From Terriglobales bacterium (GTDB lineage Bacteria > Acidobacteriota > Terriglobia > Terriglobales > Acidobacteriaceae), in NCBI GenBank assembly GCA_016185365.1, contig JACPNP010000028.1:42454-106453 (forward strand): a DNA stretch of 64,000 nucleotides, in the 5' to 3' direction. This document shows, piece by piece, positions 10,879 through 20,330 of this stretch. The position numbers were made by a program, and so were the translations under genes. Positions within the stretch are counted from its first letter, which is position 1. Every line of letters begins with the position of its first letter. Under the pieces are notes generated by a model, which searched no databases, was not told the origin of the DNA, and worked only from the letters and a program-made list of their open reading frames with translations.

Positions 10879-10907
10879 CACGGCCTTTACGGTTAGACTA
10901 GGACAGC

Positions 10908-13049
10908 ATGGCCCACGGTCCCACCAACGCTCTCGCCCTCGCGTCGTCTTCGTATCTACGCTCCGCCATGCATCAGCCCATCCAGTGGCATGAGTGGGGT
11001 GACGAGGCCTTTGCCACGGCGCAGCGGGAGAACAAGGCCATCCTGCTCGACATCGGCGCGGTCTGGTGCCACTGGTGCCACGTGATGGACCGCGAGTCGT
11101 ATGAGAACGCCGAGATCGCCGCCATCATCAATGAGAGCTTCATCGCCATCAAAGTCGACCGCGACGAGCGTCCCGACGTGGACAGCCGCTACCAGGCGGC
11201 GGTGCAGGCCATGAGCGGACAGGGCGGCTGGCCGCTCACCGCATTTTTGACGCCGGATGGCCGTCCGTTCTTCGGCGGCACCTACTTCCCGCCCGACGAT
11301 CGCTGGGGGCGTCCCGGCATGAAGCGCGTGCTCATGGGCATCGCCAATGCCTTTCGGGAAAAAAACGAGGAAGTGACCGAATCCGCCGACGCCGTGATGA
11401 ATGCCATCGCCCACCAGGAATCCTTCCGCGGTCACGCCGGAGAGATCACCGCCAAGGCCGTGGACCGCATCCTCGAATCCGCGCTGCGCCAGTTCGACCG
11501 CGAGTGGGGCGGCTTCGGCGGCCAGCCCAAATTTCCCCACGCGCCCACAGTCGATCTGGTGATCGATTATTACGTCCGAACGCGCAATCAGACGCTGTAC
11601 GACCTCGTTCACACCACCCTCACGCGCATGGCGCTGGGCGGCGTCTATGACCAGCTGGCCGGCGGCTTCCATCGCTATTCCGTGGACGCCAAGTGGATCG
11701 TTCCGCATTTCGAGAAGATGTCGTACGACAATTCCGAGTTGTTGAAGAATTACGTCCACGCGTACCAGGCCACGAGTGAGCCGATCTTCGCCGGCGTGGC
11801 CAAAGACATCATCCGCTGGGTGGACACTTGCCTCAGCGACCGTGAGCACGGCGGATTTTACGCCTCGCAGGACGCCGATTTCTCCCTCGACGACGACGGC
11901 GACTACTTCACCTGGACGCGCGCCGAGGCCCAAGCCGTTCTCAACGAGGACGAATTCCGTGTCGCCGCCGAGCACTATGACATCGGCGAAATAGGCGAGA
12001 TGCACCACGACCCGCACAAGAATGTATTGCATGTCGCCTGGGGCGTGGATGAGATCGCCAAGAAACAAGGTTTGTCGGCGCACGAGGTGGAACGCCTGCT
12101 GGCCTCCATGAAGGAAAAGATGCTGGCGGCGCGGCAAAAGCGCCCAACACCCTACATCGACAAGACCATCTATGTGAATTGGAACGCGCTGCTGGTCTCC
12201 GCGTACCTTGAAGCCGCCAGCGCGCTGCATCTTGAGGACGCGCGCCACTTCGCGCTGCGCTCGCTCGACCGCATCCTGGCCGAGGCCTGGGACCACACCT
12301 CCCACCGCCTGGACCATGTCATCCGGTATTCCGATCCCGCCGCCGCGCGGCGCACGCTCACCGGCATGCTGGACGACTATGCCTACACCGCCATCGCCTG
12401 CCTCGACGCCTACGAGGCCACCTCCGCGGTGAGCTATTTCAACTTTGCCCGCAACATCGTGGACGCGATGAGGAAACGCTTTTTTGACGAAGAAGCCGGC
12501 GGCTTCTTCGACCGCGATGCCATGGTCGATCCCGATTCCCTGGTCGGCGCATTGCAGACCAAGCGCAAGCCGCTGCAGGACACGCCCACCCCCGCCGGGA
12601 ACCCTTGCGCCACCATCGCGCTGCTGCGGCTCTTTCATTACACCCACGAAGCCAAGTATCGCGAGGCCGCCGCGGATACGCTTGAGTGTTTCGCCAACGT
12701 CGCCGACCACTTCGGCATCTATGCCGGCACCTATGGCATCGCGCTGCGCCTGTTCTTCACGCCGCACACGCAAGTGATCGTCCACGGTTCTGATGCGAAG
12801 GCGGACGCGCTCTTCGCCGCCGCCGTCGAGCCGTTCGCCATCACCAAGTCCGTGCTCCGCGTGCGCGACGGCCAGGCCGTGCCGGAGAATCTCCCGCCCG
12901 CGCTCGCCGCGACCATCCCCCAGGTCAAAGCCATTCAGGACGGCGAGTCCGTGGCCGTGATCTGCGCCGCCTTCACCTGCCAGCCGCCGATCAGCGATCC
13001 GGAGAAACTCCGGGAAGCGCTGCGGCAGTCTGTGCAGGTCAGCGGCTAG
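10908..13049 (+). CDS. Thioredoxin-domain protein of the YyaL/DUF255 (SSP411-like) family with a six-hairpin glycosidase-like C-terminal domain
   Basis: 713-aa ORF with IQWHEWGDEAFATAQRENKAILLDIGAVWCHWCHVMDRESYEN, the characteristic N-terminus of this family. Confidence 0.8.
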   Translation: MAHGPTNALALASSSYLRSAMHQPIQWHEWGDEAFATAQRENKAILLDIGAVWCHWCHVMDRESYENAEIAAIINESFIAIKVDRDERPDVDSRYQAAVQAMSGQGGWPLTAFLTPDGRPFFGGTYFPPDDRWGRPGMKRVLMGIANAFREKNEEVTESADAVMNAIAHQESFRGHAGEITAKAVDRILESALRQFDREWGGFGGQPKFPHAPTVDLVIDYYVRTRNQTLYDLVHTTLTRMALGGVYDQLAGGFHRYSVDAKWIVPHFEKMSYDNSELLKNYVHAYQATSEPIFAGVAKDIIRWVDTCLSDREHGGFYASQDADFSLDDDGDYFTWTRAEAQAVLNEDEFRVAAEHYDIGEIGEMHHDPHKNVLHVAWGVDEIAKKQGLSAHEVERLLASMKEKMLAARQKRPTPYIDKTIYVNWNALLVSAYLEAASALHLEDARHFALRSLDRILAEAWDHTSHRLDHVIRYSDPAAARRTLTGMLDDYAYTAIACLDAYEATSAVSYFNFARNIVDAMRKRFFDEEAGGFFDRDAMVDPDSLVGALQTKRKPLQDTPTPAGNPCATIALLRLFHYTHEAKYREAAADTLECFANVADHFGIYAGTYGIALRLFFTPHTQVIVHGSDAKADALFAAAVEPFAITKSVLRVRDGQAVPENLPPALAATIPQVKAIQDGESVAVICAAFTCQPPISDPEKLREALRQSVQVSG

Positions 13050-13112
13050 TCCCGCCGGCGTGTTTCTTTTCCGGTGCTGTGGCCGCGATCCATCTTGTAA
13101 AATCCAACTTCT

Positions 13113-15083
13113 ATGAGCACGGGAACCTCCATGGAATCGAAGGAAAAGTTTGCGCCTCCGGCGGAGTTCGCCGCCCAGGCCCATGTCCCCTCGTTCGCGG
13201 ACTATGAGCGCCTTTACGCCGCCGCGCTGGCGGACCCTGACAAATTCTGGGCCGAGCGCGCCGGCGACCTCCACTGGTTCCAGCGCTGGACGCAGGTGTG
13301 TGATTGGTCGAACGCGCCCTTCGCCAAGTGGTTCGTCGGCGGGAAGACCAACCTCAGTTACAACTGCCTCGACCGTCATCTCCCGACCGCGCGCCGCAAC
13401 AAGGCGGCCATCGTCTGGGAGGGTGAGAACTACGAGCAGCGCACGCTCACCTATCAGGAGCTGTATCGCAAGGTCTGTAAGTTTGCGAATGCGCTCAAGG
13501 GACTGGGACTCAAGTCCGGCGACCGCGCCATCATCTATATGCCCATGGTGCCGGAGGCAGCGGTCGCCATGCTGGCCTGCGCGCGGTTGGGTGTGACCCA
13601 CTCTGTCGTCTTCGGCGGATTCTCCGCTGAAGCGCTCAAGACCCGCATCCAGGACCTGGAAGCCTGCCTGGTCATCACCGCCGACGCCGGCCTGCGCCGC
13701 GGCAAGGAGGTCCTGCTGAAGCCTGCGGTGGATGAATCCCTGGCCGACTGCCCCACTGTCAAGAATGTCATCGTCTACAAACGCCTGGGCACGCTCACGC
13801 AGATGAAGTCCGGCCGCGACCACTGGTGGGACGACCTCACCACCGGCATCAGCGAAGAGTGCCCCGCCGAGCCGCTCGATAGCGAGCATCCCCTGTATGT
13901 GCTGTACACCTCCGGCACCACGGGCAAGCCAAAAGGCGTGGTCCACACCACCGGCGGATATCTCACCTACGTACTGGCCACCATGAAATGGGTCTTCGAC
14001 CTGAAGGAGGAGGACACCTACTGGTGCACGGCGGACATCGGCTGGGTCACCGGACACTCCTACGTGGTCTACGGCCCGCTGGCCGCCGGCGCCACCACCT
14101 TCATGTATGAGGGCGCGCCCGATTGGCCCAAGTGGGACCGCTTCTGGCGGCTGATCGAAAAATACCGCATCAGTGTCTTTTACACGTCACCCACCGCGAT
14201 CCGCGCCTTCATCCGCCAGGGCGATGACTTCCCCAACGGACACGATCTTTCGTCGCTGCGCCTGCTCGGATCGGTGGGTGAGCCGATCAACCCTACCGCG
14301 TGGAAGTGGTATCACACGACTATCGGCAAGGAACGCTGCCCCATCGTGGACACCTGGTGGCAGACCGAGACTGGCGGCATCCTCATCTCGCCGCTGCCCG
14401 GCGCCACGCCCACCAAGCCCGGTTCGGCCACGCGTCCGTTGCCCGGCATCGTCGCGGAAGTGGTGGACGATAAAGGCGAACCGGTCAAGATCGGCAAAGG
14501 CTTCCTCGTGCTCAGCCGGCCCTGGCCCTCCATGCTGCGCACGATCTACGGCAATCCGGAGCGCTTCAAAGCGGGATACTGGTCGCGCTTCCCCGGCAAA
14601 TACTTCACCGGTGACGCCGCCACCATTGACGAAGACGGCTACATCTGGTGCCTGGGCCGCGTGGATGACGTGATCAATGTCGCTGGACACCGACTCAGCA
14701 CCATGGAGGTGGAGTCGTCGCTGGTGCGCCACAAGTCCGTGGCCGAAGCCGCCGTAGTGGGCGCGCCGCATGAGATGAAGGGCGAGGCCATCTATTGTTT
14801 CGTCGCGCTCAAGACCGGCGTGAACGGCAGCGATGCGCTGGTCGACGAGCTGCGCGACTGGGTGGCGCATGAGATCGGCGCCCTGGCCAAGCCGGAGAAG
14901 ATCAACTTCGTCGCCGCCCTGCCCAAGACCCGCAGCGGCAAGATCATGCGCCGCCTGCTGCGCGAGATCGTGACCACCAAGTCCGTCGCCGGCGATACCT
15001 CGACGCTCGAAGACTACGGCGTGATCCTCAAGCTAAGCCAGGAAGGGAAAGAGGAAGAGGAGATTCTGGGGGAGAAGAAGTGA
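13113..15083 (+). CDS. acs: Acetyl-CoA synthetase (AMP-forming)
   Basis: 656-aa ORF with [12 protein letters not shown] (AMP-binding P-loop), [15 protein letters not shown] and the C-terminal [11 protein letters not shown] motif. The N-terminus has the typical Acs FWAERA...WF pattern. Confidence 0.95.
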   Translation: MSTGTSMESKEKFAPPAEFAAQAHVPSFADYERLYAAALADPDKFWAERAGDLHWFQRWTQVCDWSNAPFAKWFVGGKTNLSYNCLDRHLPTARRNKAAIVWEGENYEQRTLTYQELYRKVCKFANALKGLGLKSGDRAIIYMPMVPEAAVAMLACARLGVTHSVVFGGFSAEALKTRIQDLEACLVITADAGLRRGKEVLLKPAVDESLADCPTVKNVIVYKRLGTLTQMKSGRDHWWDDLTTGISEECPAEPLDSEHPLYVLYTSGTTGKPKGVVHTTGGYLTYVLATMKWVFDLKEEDTYWCTADIGWVTGHSYVVYGPLAAGATTFMYEGAPDWPKWDRFWRLIEKYRISVFYTSPTAIRAFIRQGDDFPNGHDLSSLRLLGSVGEPINPTAWKWYHTTIGKERCPIVDTWWQTETGGILISPLPGATPTKPGSATRPLPGIVAEVVDDKGEPVKIGKGFLVLSRPWPSMLRTIYGNPERFKAGYWSRFPGKYFTGDAATIDEDGYIWCLGRVDDVINVAGHRLSTMEVESSLVRHKSVAEAAVVGAPHEMKGEAIYCFVALKTGVNGSDALVDELRDWVAHEIGALAKPEKINFVAALPKTRSGKIMRRLLREIVTTKSVAGDTSTLEDYGVILKLSQEGKEEEEILGEKK

Positions 15084-15087
15084 TGGT

Positions 15088-15711
15088 TTAGCGTACTGCT
15101 TTCTGCTGGAAATTCTCTCTCATCAGCCGGAAAATGCTAACGGCTATCAAGCCACACCTCACTCGAACCTTCGTTATTCGAACCAGATTTGTTTCACCGA
15201 GCAGCCCGCAGACTGATCGAGCATAGTGCCAGCAGACGTCTTCGGCAGGCAAACCCTCTTGGCCAAATCTAAACCTTCCGTACTCAGCTTGTCTTTCGTC
15301 GTAAACCGAGTCGAGATATTGTCGATATCGCTCTGCGTCAGTCAATTCCAAATTTCGACTTAACACCTCCCGCAACTCGCCATAGAAGTGAGTCTGAAAA
15401 ATCACTCTGCGTTCAGGACCGAGCACTGAAAAAGCTGCCCTGTCCATTATGTGTGCCCAGAAAACGACCTCTTCAACCTCCAAACGATCAAGGACCTGTG
15501 GGGCTGGCAATAGCTTCGAAAGATCCTGGTAAAACGCTCTCACACCGGCGAATTCAACCCTCACCAGGGCATTGGCTATCTCGACCGCCTTCTCTACACA
15601 ATACTCGTCCATGTTCATTGCTTCGATGAGCATTTCAAAAGCCCGATCGTATAGGTTAACTTGTTGCTGATCTTTGCCGACAGGCCTCTGTCGAGGCTTC
15701 GTCTGGACCAT
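15088..15711 (-). CDS. Hypothetical protein in a low-GC islet (start uncertain: 15633, 15711 or 15765 are ATG options; 15837 is TTG)
   Basis: ORF 15088..15837. I recognise no family. GC is visibly lower (about 48%) than the flanks. Its 5' part overlaps the 3' end of the upstream histidine phosphatase gene unless the start is at 15633. Confidence 0.45.
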   Translation of the reverse strand: MVQTKPRQRPVGKDQQQVNLYDRAFEMLIEAMNMDEYCVEKAVEIANALVRVEFAGVRAFYQDLSKLLPAPQVLDRLEVEEVVFWAHIMDRAAFSVLGPERRVIFQTHFYGELREVLSRNLELTDAERYRQYLDSVYDERQAEYGRFRFGQEGLPAEDVCWHYARSVCGLLGETNLVRITKVRVRCGLIAVSIFRLMRENFQQKAVR

Positions 15712-16387
15712 AACATACCCGGTTTTCGACGAGCACGGGACGACCGGATTCTGCTTCGGTTTCATACACAAGTACACAGCAGTTACACATTTCCTGGGAC
15801 GACTCACGTTGCAGAGCGAGAAGATCTTCTTCTCCAAAGCGCTCCAGCAAGCGACGAAATGACCACATTACCGCGCCATGACACACCACCAACAGTGATT
15901 GATCCTCAAAATTGTGGCGCAGGCTGGTCAGAAAGCTATGAACTCGGAGTCCCACATCGGGGTGGTTCTCCCCTCCCGGCGGGCGAAAATAATATGATCC
16001 CTCACGCCGTCTACGGGCCCATTCCTCCGGATACTTCGTGGCAATGCCTTCAGCAGTGAGCCCTTCGAACACGCCATCTTCTTTTTCACGGATCCGTTCA
16101 TCGAACCGTTGGGGTGGCGGCGCCGCGGACTCAGTAAAAATCAGTTCCGCAGTCTGTATCGCGCGCAAGTAAGGGGAAACGAACGCTCGTTCAAATCGAA
16201 AGGTCCTTAAATACTTTCCGGTCGCTAATGCCTGTCGCCTCCCGCGTTCCGTGAGTGGAATGTCCGGTTGGCGAACCCCTTCCCATCGCCTCATCATTCC
16301 CGGGAGGATGTCGGGGCCACTTGCATTGAATTCGGACTCGCCGTGTCGAACGAGCACCAGTTGCTTCATCCAGGGGATGCGCACCAT
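15656..16387 (-). CDS. Histidine phosphatase (phosphoglycerate mutase-like) family protein
   Basis: 243-aa ORF. LVLVRHGESEFN is the RHG catalytic motif near the N-terminus, and VVCHGAVM is the second His motif. It lies in the same low-GC islet. Confidence 0.75.
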   Translation of the reverse strand: MVRIPWMKQLVLVRHGESEFNASGPDILPGMMRRWEGVRQPDIPLTERGRRQALATGKYLRTFRFERAFVSPYLRAIQTAELIFTESAAPPPQRFDERIREKEDGVFEGLTAEGIATKYPEEWARRRREGSYYFRPPGGENHPDVGLRVHSFLTSLRHNFEDQSLLVVCHGAVMWSFRRLLERFGEEDLLALQRESSQEMCNCCVLVYETEAESGRPVLVENRVCYGPDEASTEACRQRSATS

Positions 16388-16448
16388 GTTGGAAGGGTAT
16401 CAAAACAACAGTCCACTAGTGATGCTCTGAAAATTGCCTAGGATTTCC

Positions 16449-16564
16449 CTAGAGCGTGTTTCAAGAACCGCTAATTACGTTCCGGTAGCGGCCATAAGTG
16501 CCTTGAGATCAGTCTTTCAGGGGCCAGCGGAATCAAGGTCGTCAATATTTGAAACACGCTCTAG
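16449..16564. repeat. 116-bp element bounded by a perfect 16-bp inverted repeat (CTAGAGCGTGTTTCAA / TTGAAACACGCTCTAG) with inner stems
   Basis: Arms lie at 16449-16464 and 16549-16564. Inner complementary pairs are CCGCTA/TAGCGG and CCTTGA/TCAAGG. No ORF. It could be a MITE-like element or a structured RNA. Confidence 0.6.
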
Positions 16565-16618
16565 TCACAACTTCGCTTGGGTAGCTGATGGTCGCAGGAC
16601 TCAACCATCAATCCATCT

Positions 16619-17218
16619 GGGAGGGGCATGGCTTCAGCCGTGCCGATAAGCTTACGCTACACCCCCGGCTTTAGCCGCTGAGGTAAGGTCTCGGCGGATC
16701 CAGCTTGTACCCAGGATAGGCAGAACAGTACTTGTACTTCTCCGGCCTCTCCACCATCCCGGCCTTCACCGGATTCTGCTGGATGTACTCCACAAACGTC
16801 TTGTATTCCTCCGCGTTTCGCACTCTCCGGTCGGTATACCCCTTCTGCCACACCGCCGGTCCTTTGCGGCCGGCTTGTTTCAATTGGTAAGCGCTCCCGC
16901 CCTTGATCAACTGCAATGCCCGCTCCAGCGTCGTCCCTGGAGAGGTGGTGATCAGCAGGTGAAAGTGGTCCGGCATCAGGACAAACGCAAGCAGGCGATA
17001 GTGACCTTGCTTTCGGTAGTGATAAAGCATCACCAAGAAGAGGCGTGCCCATCGCTCGACTTGAAATACCGGCCGCTTCCCCAGAGTGCTGGAAGTGATG
17101 AAATAGGTCTGCGGTCCTACCGGAGGCGGAAGATGCTTTGGAATCAAGACCTGACCTCAGCGGCTAAAGCCGGGCACTGGCTAGCAACACACGGCACGGC
17201 TAAAGCCATGCCCCTCCC
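16619..17218. mobile_element. RAYT gene flanked by two nested inverted REP-like pairs (REPIN-RAYT-type unit)
   Basis: The outer pair is 16619-16645 (GGGAGGGGCATGGCTTCAGCCGTGCCG) versus 17192-17218, its reverse complement with 1 mismatch. The inner pair is 16664-16684 (CCCGGCTTTAGCCGCTGAGGT) versus 17154-17174, a perfect reverse complement. Confidence 0.75.
16671..17147 (-). CDS. REP-associated tyrosine transposase (RAYT; IS200-like Y1/HUH superfamily)
   Basis: 158-aa ORF with TTG start. The HUH motif is in LMPDHFHLLI and the Tyr motif is VWQKGYTDRRV. The last codons overlap the inner REP. Confidence 0.8.
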   Translation of the reverse strand: MIPKHLPPPVGPQTYFITSSTLGKRPVFQVERWARLFLVMLYHYRKQGHYRLLAFVLMPDHFHLLITTSPGTTLERALQLIKGGSAYQLKQAGRKGPAVWQKGYTDRRVRNAEEYKTFVEYIQQNPVKAGMVERPEKYKYCSAYPGYKLDPPRPYLSG

Positions 17219-17263
17219 GGATTTTTTTGAGGTTAGCGCAACGGGCATGGCTTTCACCAATCC

Positions 17264-17548
17264 TCACACCTGCCTCGCGGGATGCACCTCGCGCGTGACC
17301 CGGGGCAGCACCTCAGGCACATAGATCGTTTGGATCGCGGCCAGCTTGCCGTGCGCCTCCCAATGGGCGCGTGTTTGCCAATGTTCCACCAGCATGAACG
17401 TCTTGGGATCTTCCAGGGACTGATACGCCTCCCAGCGCGTGCATCCCGGCTCGGCCAGACACATCGGACGCATGCGCGCCAGTGCATCCGCCACCGGCGC
17501 CACATCTTCGGATGTCTTCGCGCTGAGCGTGACGATCAGATGGAACAT
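17264..17548 (-). CDS. Antibiotic biosynthesis monooxygenase (ABM) domain protein / putative quinol monooxygenase
   Basis: 94-aa ORF. EPGCTRWEAYQSLEDPKTFMLVEHWQTRAHWEAH is typical of the ABM/YgiN family. Confidence 0.7.
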   Translation of the reverse strand: MFHLIVTLSAKTSEDVAPVADALARMRPMCLAEPGCTRWEAYQSLEDPKTFMLVEHWQTRAHWEAHGKLAAIQTIYVPEVLPRVTREVHPARQV

Positions 17549-17576
17549 GCTTTCCTCGCGGCAGCCACCGACAGGG

Positions 17577-17981
17577 TCACGGCGCTTCCGGAAGCGTGTA
17601 CTCGAATTCGTAGAAGTGCTTCCCGTCTTCGATCTTGATGCTCATCCGGCCCGTCAGGCCGGTGAGTTGTCCCGTGCCCGAATCCGGCACCACGGTGATG
17701 GAAAGCTGCGGCGCGCCCCGGTCCATGGTGCCGCTGTGCTGCAGAATGAATGTGCCCGTGCGTCCGTGCAGCGTGGCCATGACCTTTTCCAGCGCCACAT
17801 ACCCGGCCGAACCTTTTACCGCTGTGCCCGCCGCCAGCATCTCGCCTTTGCCGGCGCCTTCCAGGTCGCCGTGGAACTGCTTGTCGATGGTCATGCGGCT
17901 GTGGGTCGCTTCCTCGGGCTTGCCTTCCGGCGGTTGCGGCGTGAGCTTCACATCAAAGGACCCGCTGGCGTGTTTGGACAT
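17577..17981 (-). CDS. DUF3224 domain protein
   Basis: The ORF extends to 18059, but the ATG at 17981 (MSKHASGSFDVKL...) matches the usual DUF3224 N-terminus. The conserved blocks FHGDLEG, GSAGYVA and GTGQLTGLTG are present. Confidence 0.65.
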   Translation of the reverse strand: MSKHASGSFDVKLTPQPPEGKPEEATHSRMTIDKQFHGDLEGAGKGEMLAAGTAVKGSAGYVALEKVMATLHGRTGTFILQHSGTMDRGAPQLSITVVPDSGTGQLTGLTGRMSIKIEDGKHFYEFEYTLPEAP

Positions 17982-18134
17982 GGCTGATCTTTTTTCTCTC
18001 CCTCGAGCGGCTTCGACGCGTGGCCCTGAGTATAGGCAACCGGAGCCAGCGCCACGCACACGCTGACGATGATGGCGGCAATGACTTTGGATCTTCGGAC
18101 CTCCATGTGTCCCTTCCTTTGCGCTGGAGTCGGA

Positions 18135-18884
18135 TCACCCTTCCCGCAACGCGATCACCCGCTCCCGCGTGCGGGCGGCGGCTTCTTTGCGGTCGTCGAA
18201 GCGAAAGCTCTCCTCGGCGAAGCGCACGCGGGCGCGGATGGCCGGGCGCGATAGCAGCTTAAGCACATGCGGAAGAAATGTCATCTCGCCCCAATAGCAG
18301 ACGTCCTGGGCCGCATCGCCTTCGTCGAGTTCATAGCGGATGTATCCCGCGGTGACCTCCGCTTCGCTCTGCACCGCGGCCTCAAGCAGCGGCGAACGGA
18401 ACGGCAGCACCTCGGCGCCGTTCGAGCTGGTCCCCTCGGGGAACAGGACACAGAGCGCTCCGGATTGCAGCGCGAGTGTCAGCTCTTCGTTCACGCGCAC
18501 GGCATCGGCGGCGCGTTGCCGGTCCACGTAGACCGTCCCCGCCAGCGTCGCCAGCAGGCCGAAGAGCGGCCACTGCCGCACCTCTTTCTTGGACACGAAC
18601 ACGCACGGCCCGATCGCGCTTAGGGTCATGATGTCGAGATAGCTCAGGTGATTGCTGACCAGCAGTCCGCGCGCGGGCATCGGACCTTCCGCGGCGAAGT
18701 CCACGCCCAGACGGGGCAGCGCGACCGCGCACCAGGTGTGCAACCAGCGGGCGCGCTCGGCGTGGCTGGGCGCGCGGAGCAGGCGGAGTCGAAGGAGCAG
18801 ATAGGCGAGGAGACAGGCGGATGCGGTCCAGAGCAGTTTCACGGTCCGGATGGCGGATCGCAGGCCTGCTCTTATCTTGCGCAA
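18135..18884 (-). CDS. olsA: Lysophospholipid / lyso-aminolipid O-acyltransferase (PlsC family, OlsA-like)
   Basis: 249-aa ORF with an N-terminal TM segment, the HX4D motif VSNHLSYLD and FPEGTSS. It lies 3 nt downstream of the OlsB-like gene. Confidence 0.7.
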   Translation of the reverse strand: MRKIRAGLRSAIRTVKLLWTASACLLAYLLLRLRLLRAPSHAERARWLHTWCAVALPRLGVDFAAEGPMPARGLLVSNHLSYLDIMTLSAIGPCVFVSKKEVRQWPLFGLLATLAGTVYVDRQRAADAVRVNEELTLALQSGALCVLFPEGTSSNGAEVLPFRSPLLEAAVQSEAEVTAGYIRYELDEGDAAQDVCYWGEMTFLPHVLKLLSRPAIRARVRFAEESFRFDDRKEAAARTRERVIALREG

Positions 18885-18887
18885 CGG

Positions 18888-19715
18888 CTATCCCTCCAGG
18901 AAGCGCGCTCGCGCGGCCGACGACATCCGGTCCAGGTCGAGCAGCGTCAGGAAGTCGATGGTACCAAATTCCCGGTCGATGGCCGGCGGCCCGGCGATCC
19001 GCGCCCCGATGGAGAGATAGGCGCGAAGCAATCGCGGAGGATGCACATTGATCATCATGGCGCCTTGCTTTGGGAGTTCGTATCCAGGCACGGGATGGCT
19101 TCGCAGCCCGGGCTCAGCCAGATACGGCTTCAAGTGCCGGTACATGGCGTCCCCTTCCGCCGGATCCTGCGAAGTCAGCGAGCTGCAGCCGACCAGATAA
19201 CGCGCCCCTTGCCGGTTTGCATATTGGGCGATCCCCCGCCACAGCAGGCTCAGCACCTCGAAGGAGCGGTGGTCTCGATGGATACATGCCCGTCCCAGCT
19301 CCACGATCCGGTCGCGCAGCGGTTCGTATGGTGAAAAATCGAACTCGCGGGCGCTGTAGTATCCGAGATTGCGGGCCGCCGTGATGCCTGTCTGCAAGCG
19401 GTAGGTCCCGACCACCTGCCGGGTCGGGCCGTGCTCCACCACCAGATGGTCGCAAACGGCATCGAACTGGTCGCGGTCAAGCCCTGTCTTATGAGCAGCT
19501 TCCAGACCCTCATTCAACTCCAGATTGAAGACTGTATAGCGCAGGCGGAATACCGAGGTCAGGTCCTCATTCGCTTGCGCGACCCGCATGCAGTAGGCGC
19601 CGCAGGTCACCGTGCCCATGTCCGCCAAGCTAGGAACCAGCGCTAAAGCACTTGCCTCGGGAGAGGCTTGCAGCAGTCCGTTCATGTGGTTCTCCCCCCT
19701 TGCGACCCGACTCAC
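18888..19715 (-). CDS. olsB: GNAT-fold N-acyltransferase of the OlsB/hemolysin-like family (N-acyl amino acid lipid synthase)
   Basis: 275-aa ORF with FRLRYTVFNLELNEG, GTYRLQ, ELGRACIHRDHR and LLWRGIAQYA, typical of OlsB-type acyl-ACP:amino acid N-acyltransferases. Confidence 0.7.
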   Translation of the reverse strand: MSRVARGENHMNGLLQASPEASALALVPSLADMGTVTCGAYCMRVAQANEDLTSVFRLRYTVFNLELNEGLEAAHKTGLDRDQFDAVCDHLVVEHGPTRQVVGTYRLQTGITAARNLGYYSAREFDFSPYEPLRDRIVELGRACIHRDHRSFEVLSLLWRGIAQYANRQGARYLVGCSSLTSQDPAEGDAMYRHLKPYLAEPGLRSHPVPGYELPKQGAMMINVHPPRLLRAYLSIGARIAGPPAIDREFGTIDFLTLLDLDRMSSAARARFLEG

Positions 19716-19877
19716 CCCTCAGTCCAGGGACCCGACCTCAATGGCTCCAGTATGTGATTCCCTCGTTTCCGGGTAGTTACAACCCTACAACTTTTCAATG
19801 AATGTGACTTTTCAAGGATTTAGGAATCTTAGGGAGCAGGTTGGTGATGTCAACATTTCAGTCGGCCGGGGGCCCCC

Positions 19878-20330
19878 ATGAAATCCGTACTTGTCTTTGC
19901 TCTGCTCGTCGCCCTGTCTTCATTCGCGCTGGCCGCGGACAAGTCCTTGCTCAACCTCGACAAGGACGGCATTGCCTTGCAGGGTTACGATCCCGTCGCA
20001 TTTTTCACGGACAACAAGCCGGTGAAGGGCGATCCGAAGTTCGTCTCTATCTACAAGGGCGCCACATACCAATTCGCCTCCGCGGAGCACCGCGATCTGT
20101 TCAACAAGGACCCCAAGAAATATGAGCCGCAATTCGGCGGCTACTGCGCCTATGCGGTCTCCAAGGGAAAGACCGCCCCGGTGGAGATCGATGCCTTCGC
20201 CATCGTGGACGGCCGGCTGTTGATGCAATACGACAAGGACATTCGCGACACGTTCGCCAAAGATTCCAAAGGCAATCTGGTCAAGGCCGACCATAACTGG
20301 CCAGGCATCGTTGCCGACAAAGGAAAGTGA
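19878..20330 (+). CDS. Secreted YHS-domain protein
   Basis: 150-aa ORF with signal peptide MKSVLVFALLVALSSFALA. ALQGYDPVAFF...YQFASAEHRDLFNKDPKKYEPQFGGYCAY is the YHS-type motif set. Confidence 0.75.
   Translation: MKSVLVFALLVALSSFALAADKSLLNLDKDGIALQGYDPVAFFTDNKPVKGDPKFVSIYKGATYQFASAEHRDLFNKDPKKYEPQFGGYCAYAVSKGKTAPVEIDAFAIVDGRLLMQYDKDIRDTFAKDSKGNLVKADHNWPGIVADKGK

Noticed and set aside
10956-14057. 1033-aa minus-strand ORF spanning two genes.
   Set aside because: It is an antisense shadow of the YyaL-like gene and acs. It has no recognisable motifs and is impossibly superimposed on two well-supported + strand genes. The same reasoning rejects 3245..4636(+), 9790..10881(-), 29554..30663(+), 32522..33727(+), 34728..36530(-), 37019..38224(-), 41018..42028(+), 44169..45479(-), 53957..54649(-), 56083..56739(-) and 61336..62448(+).
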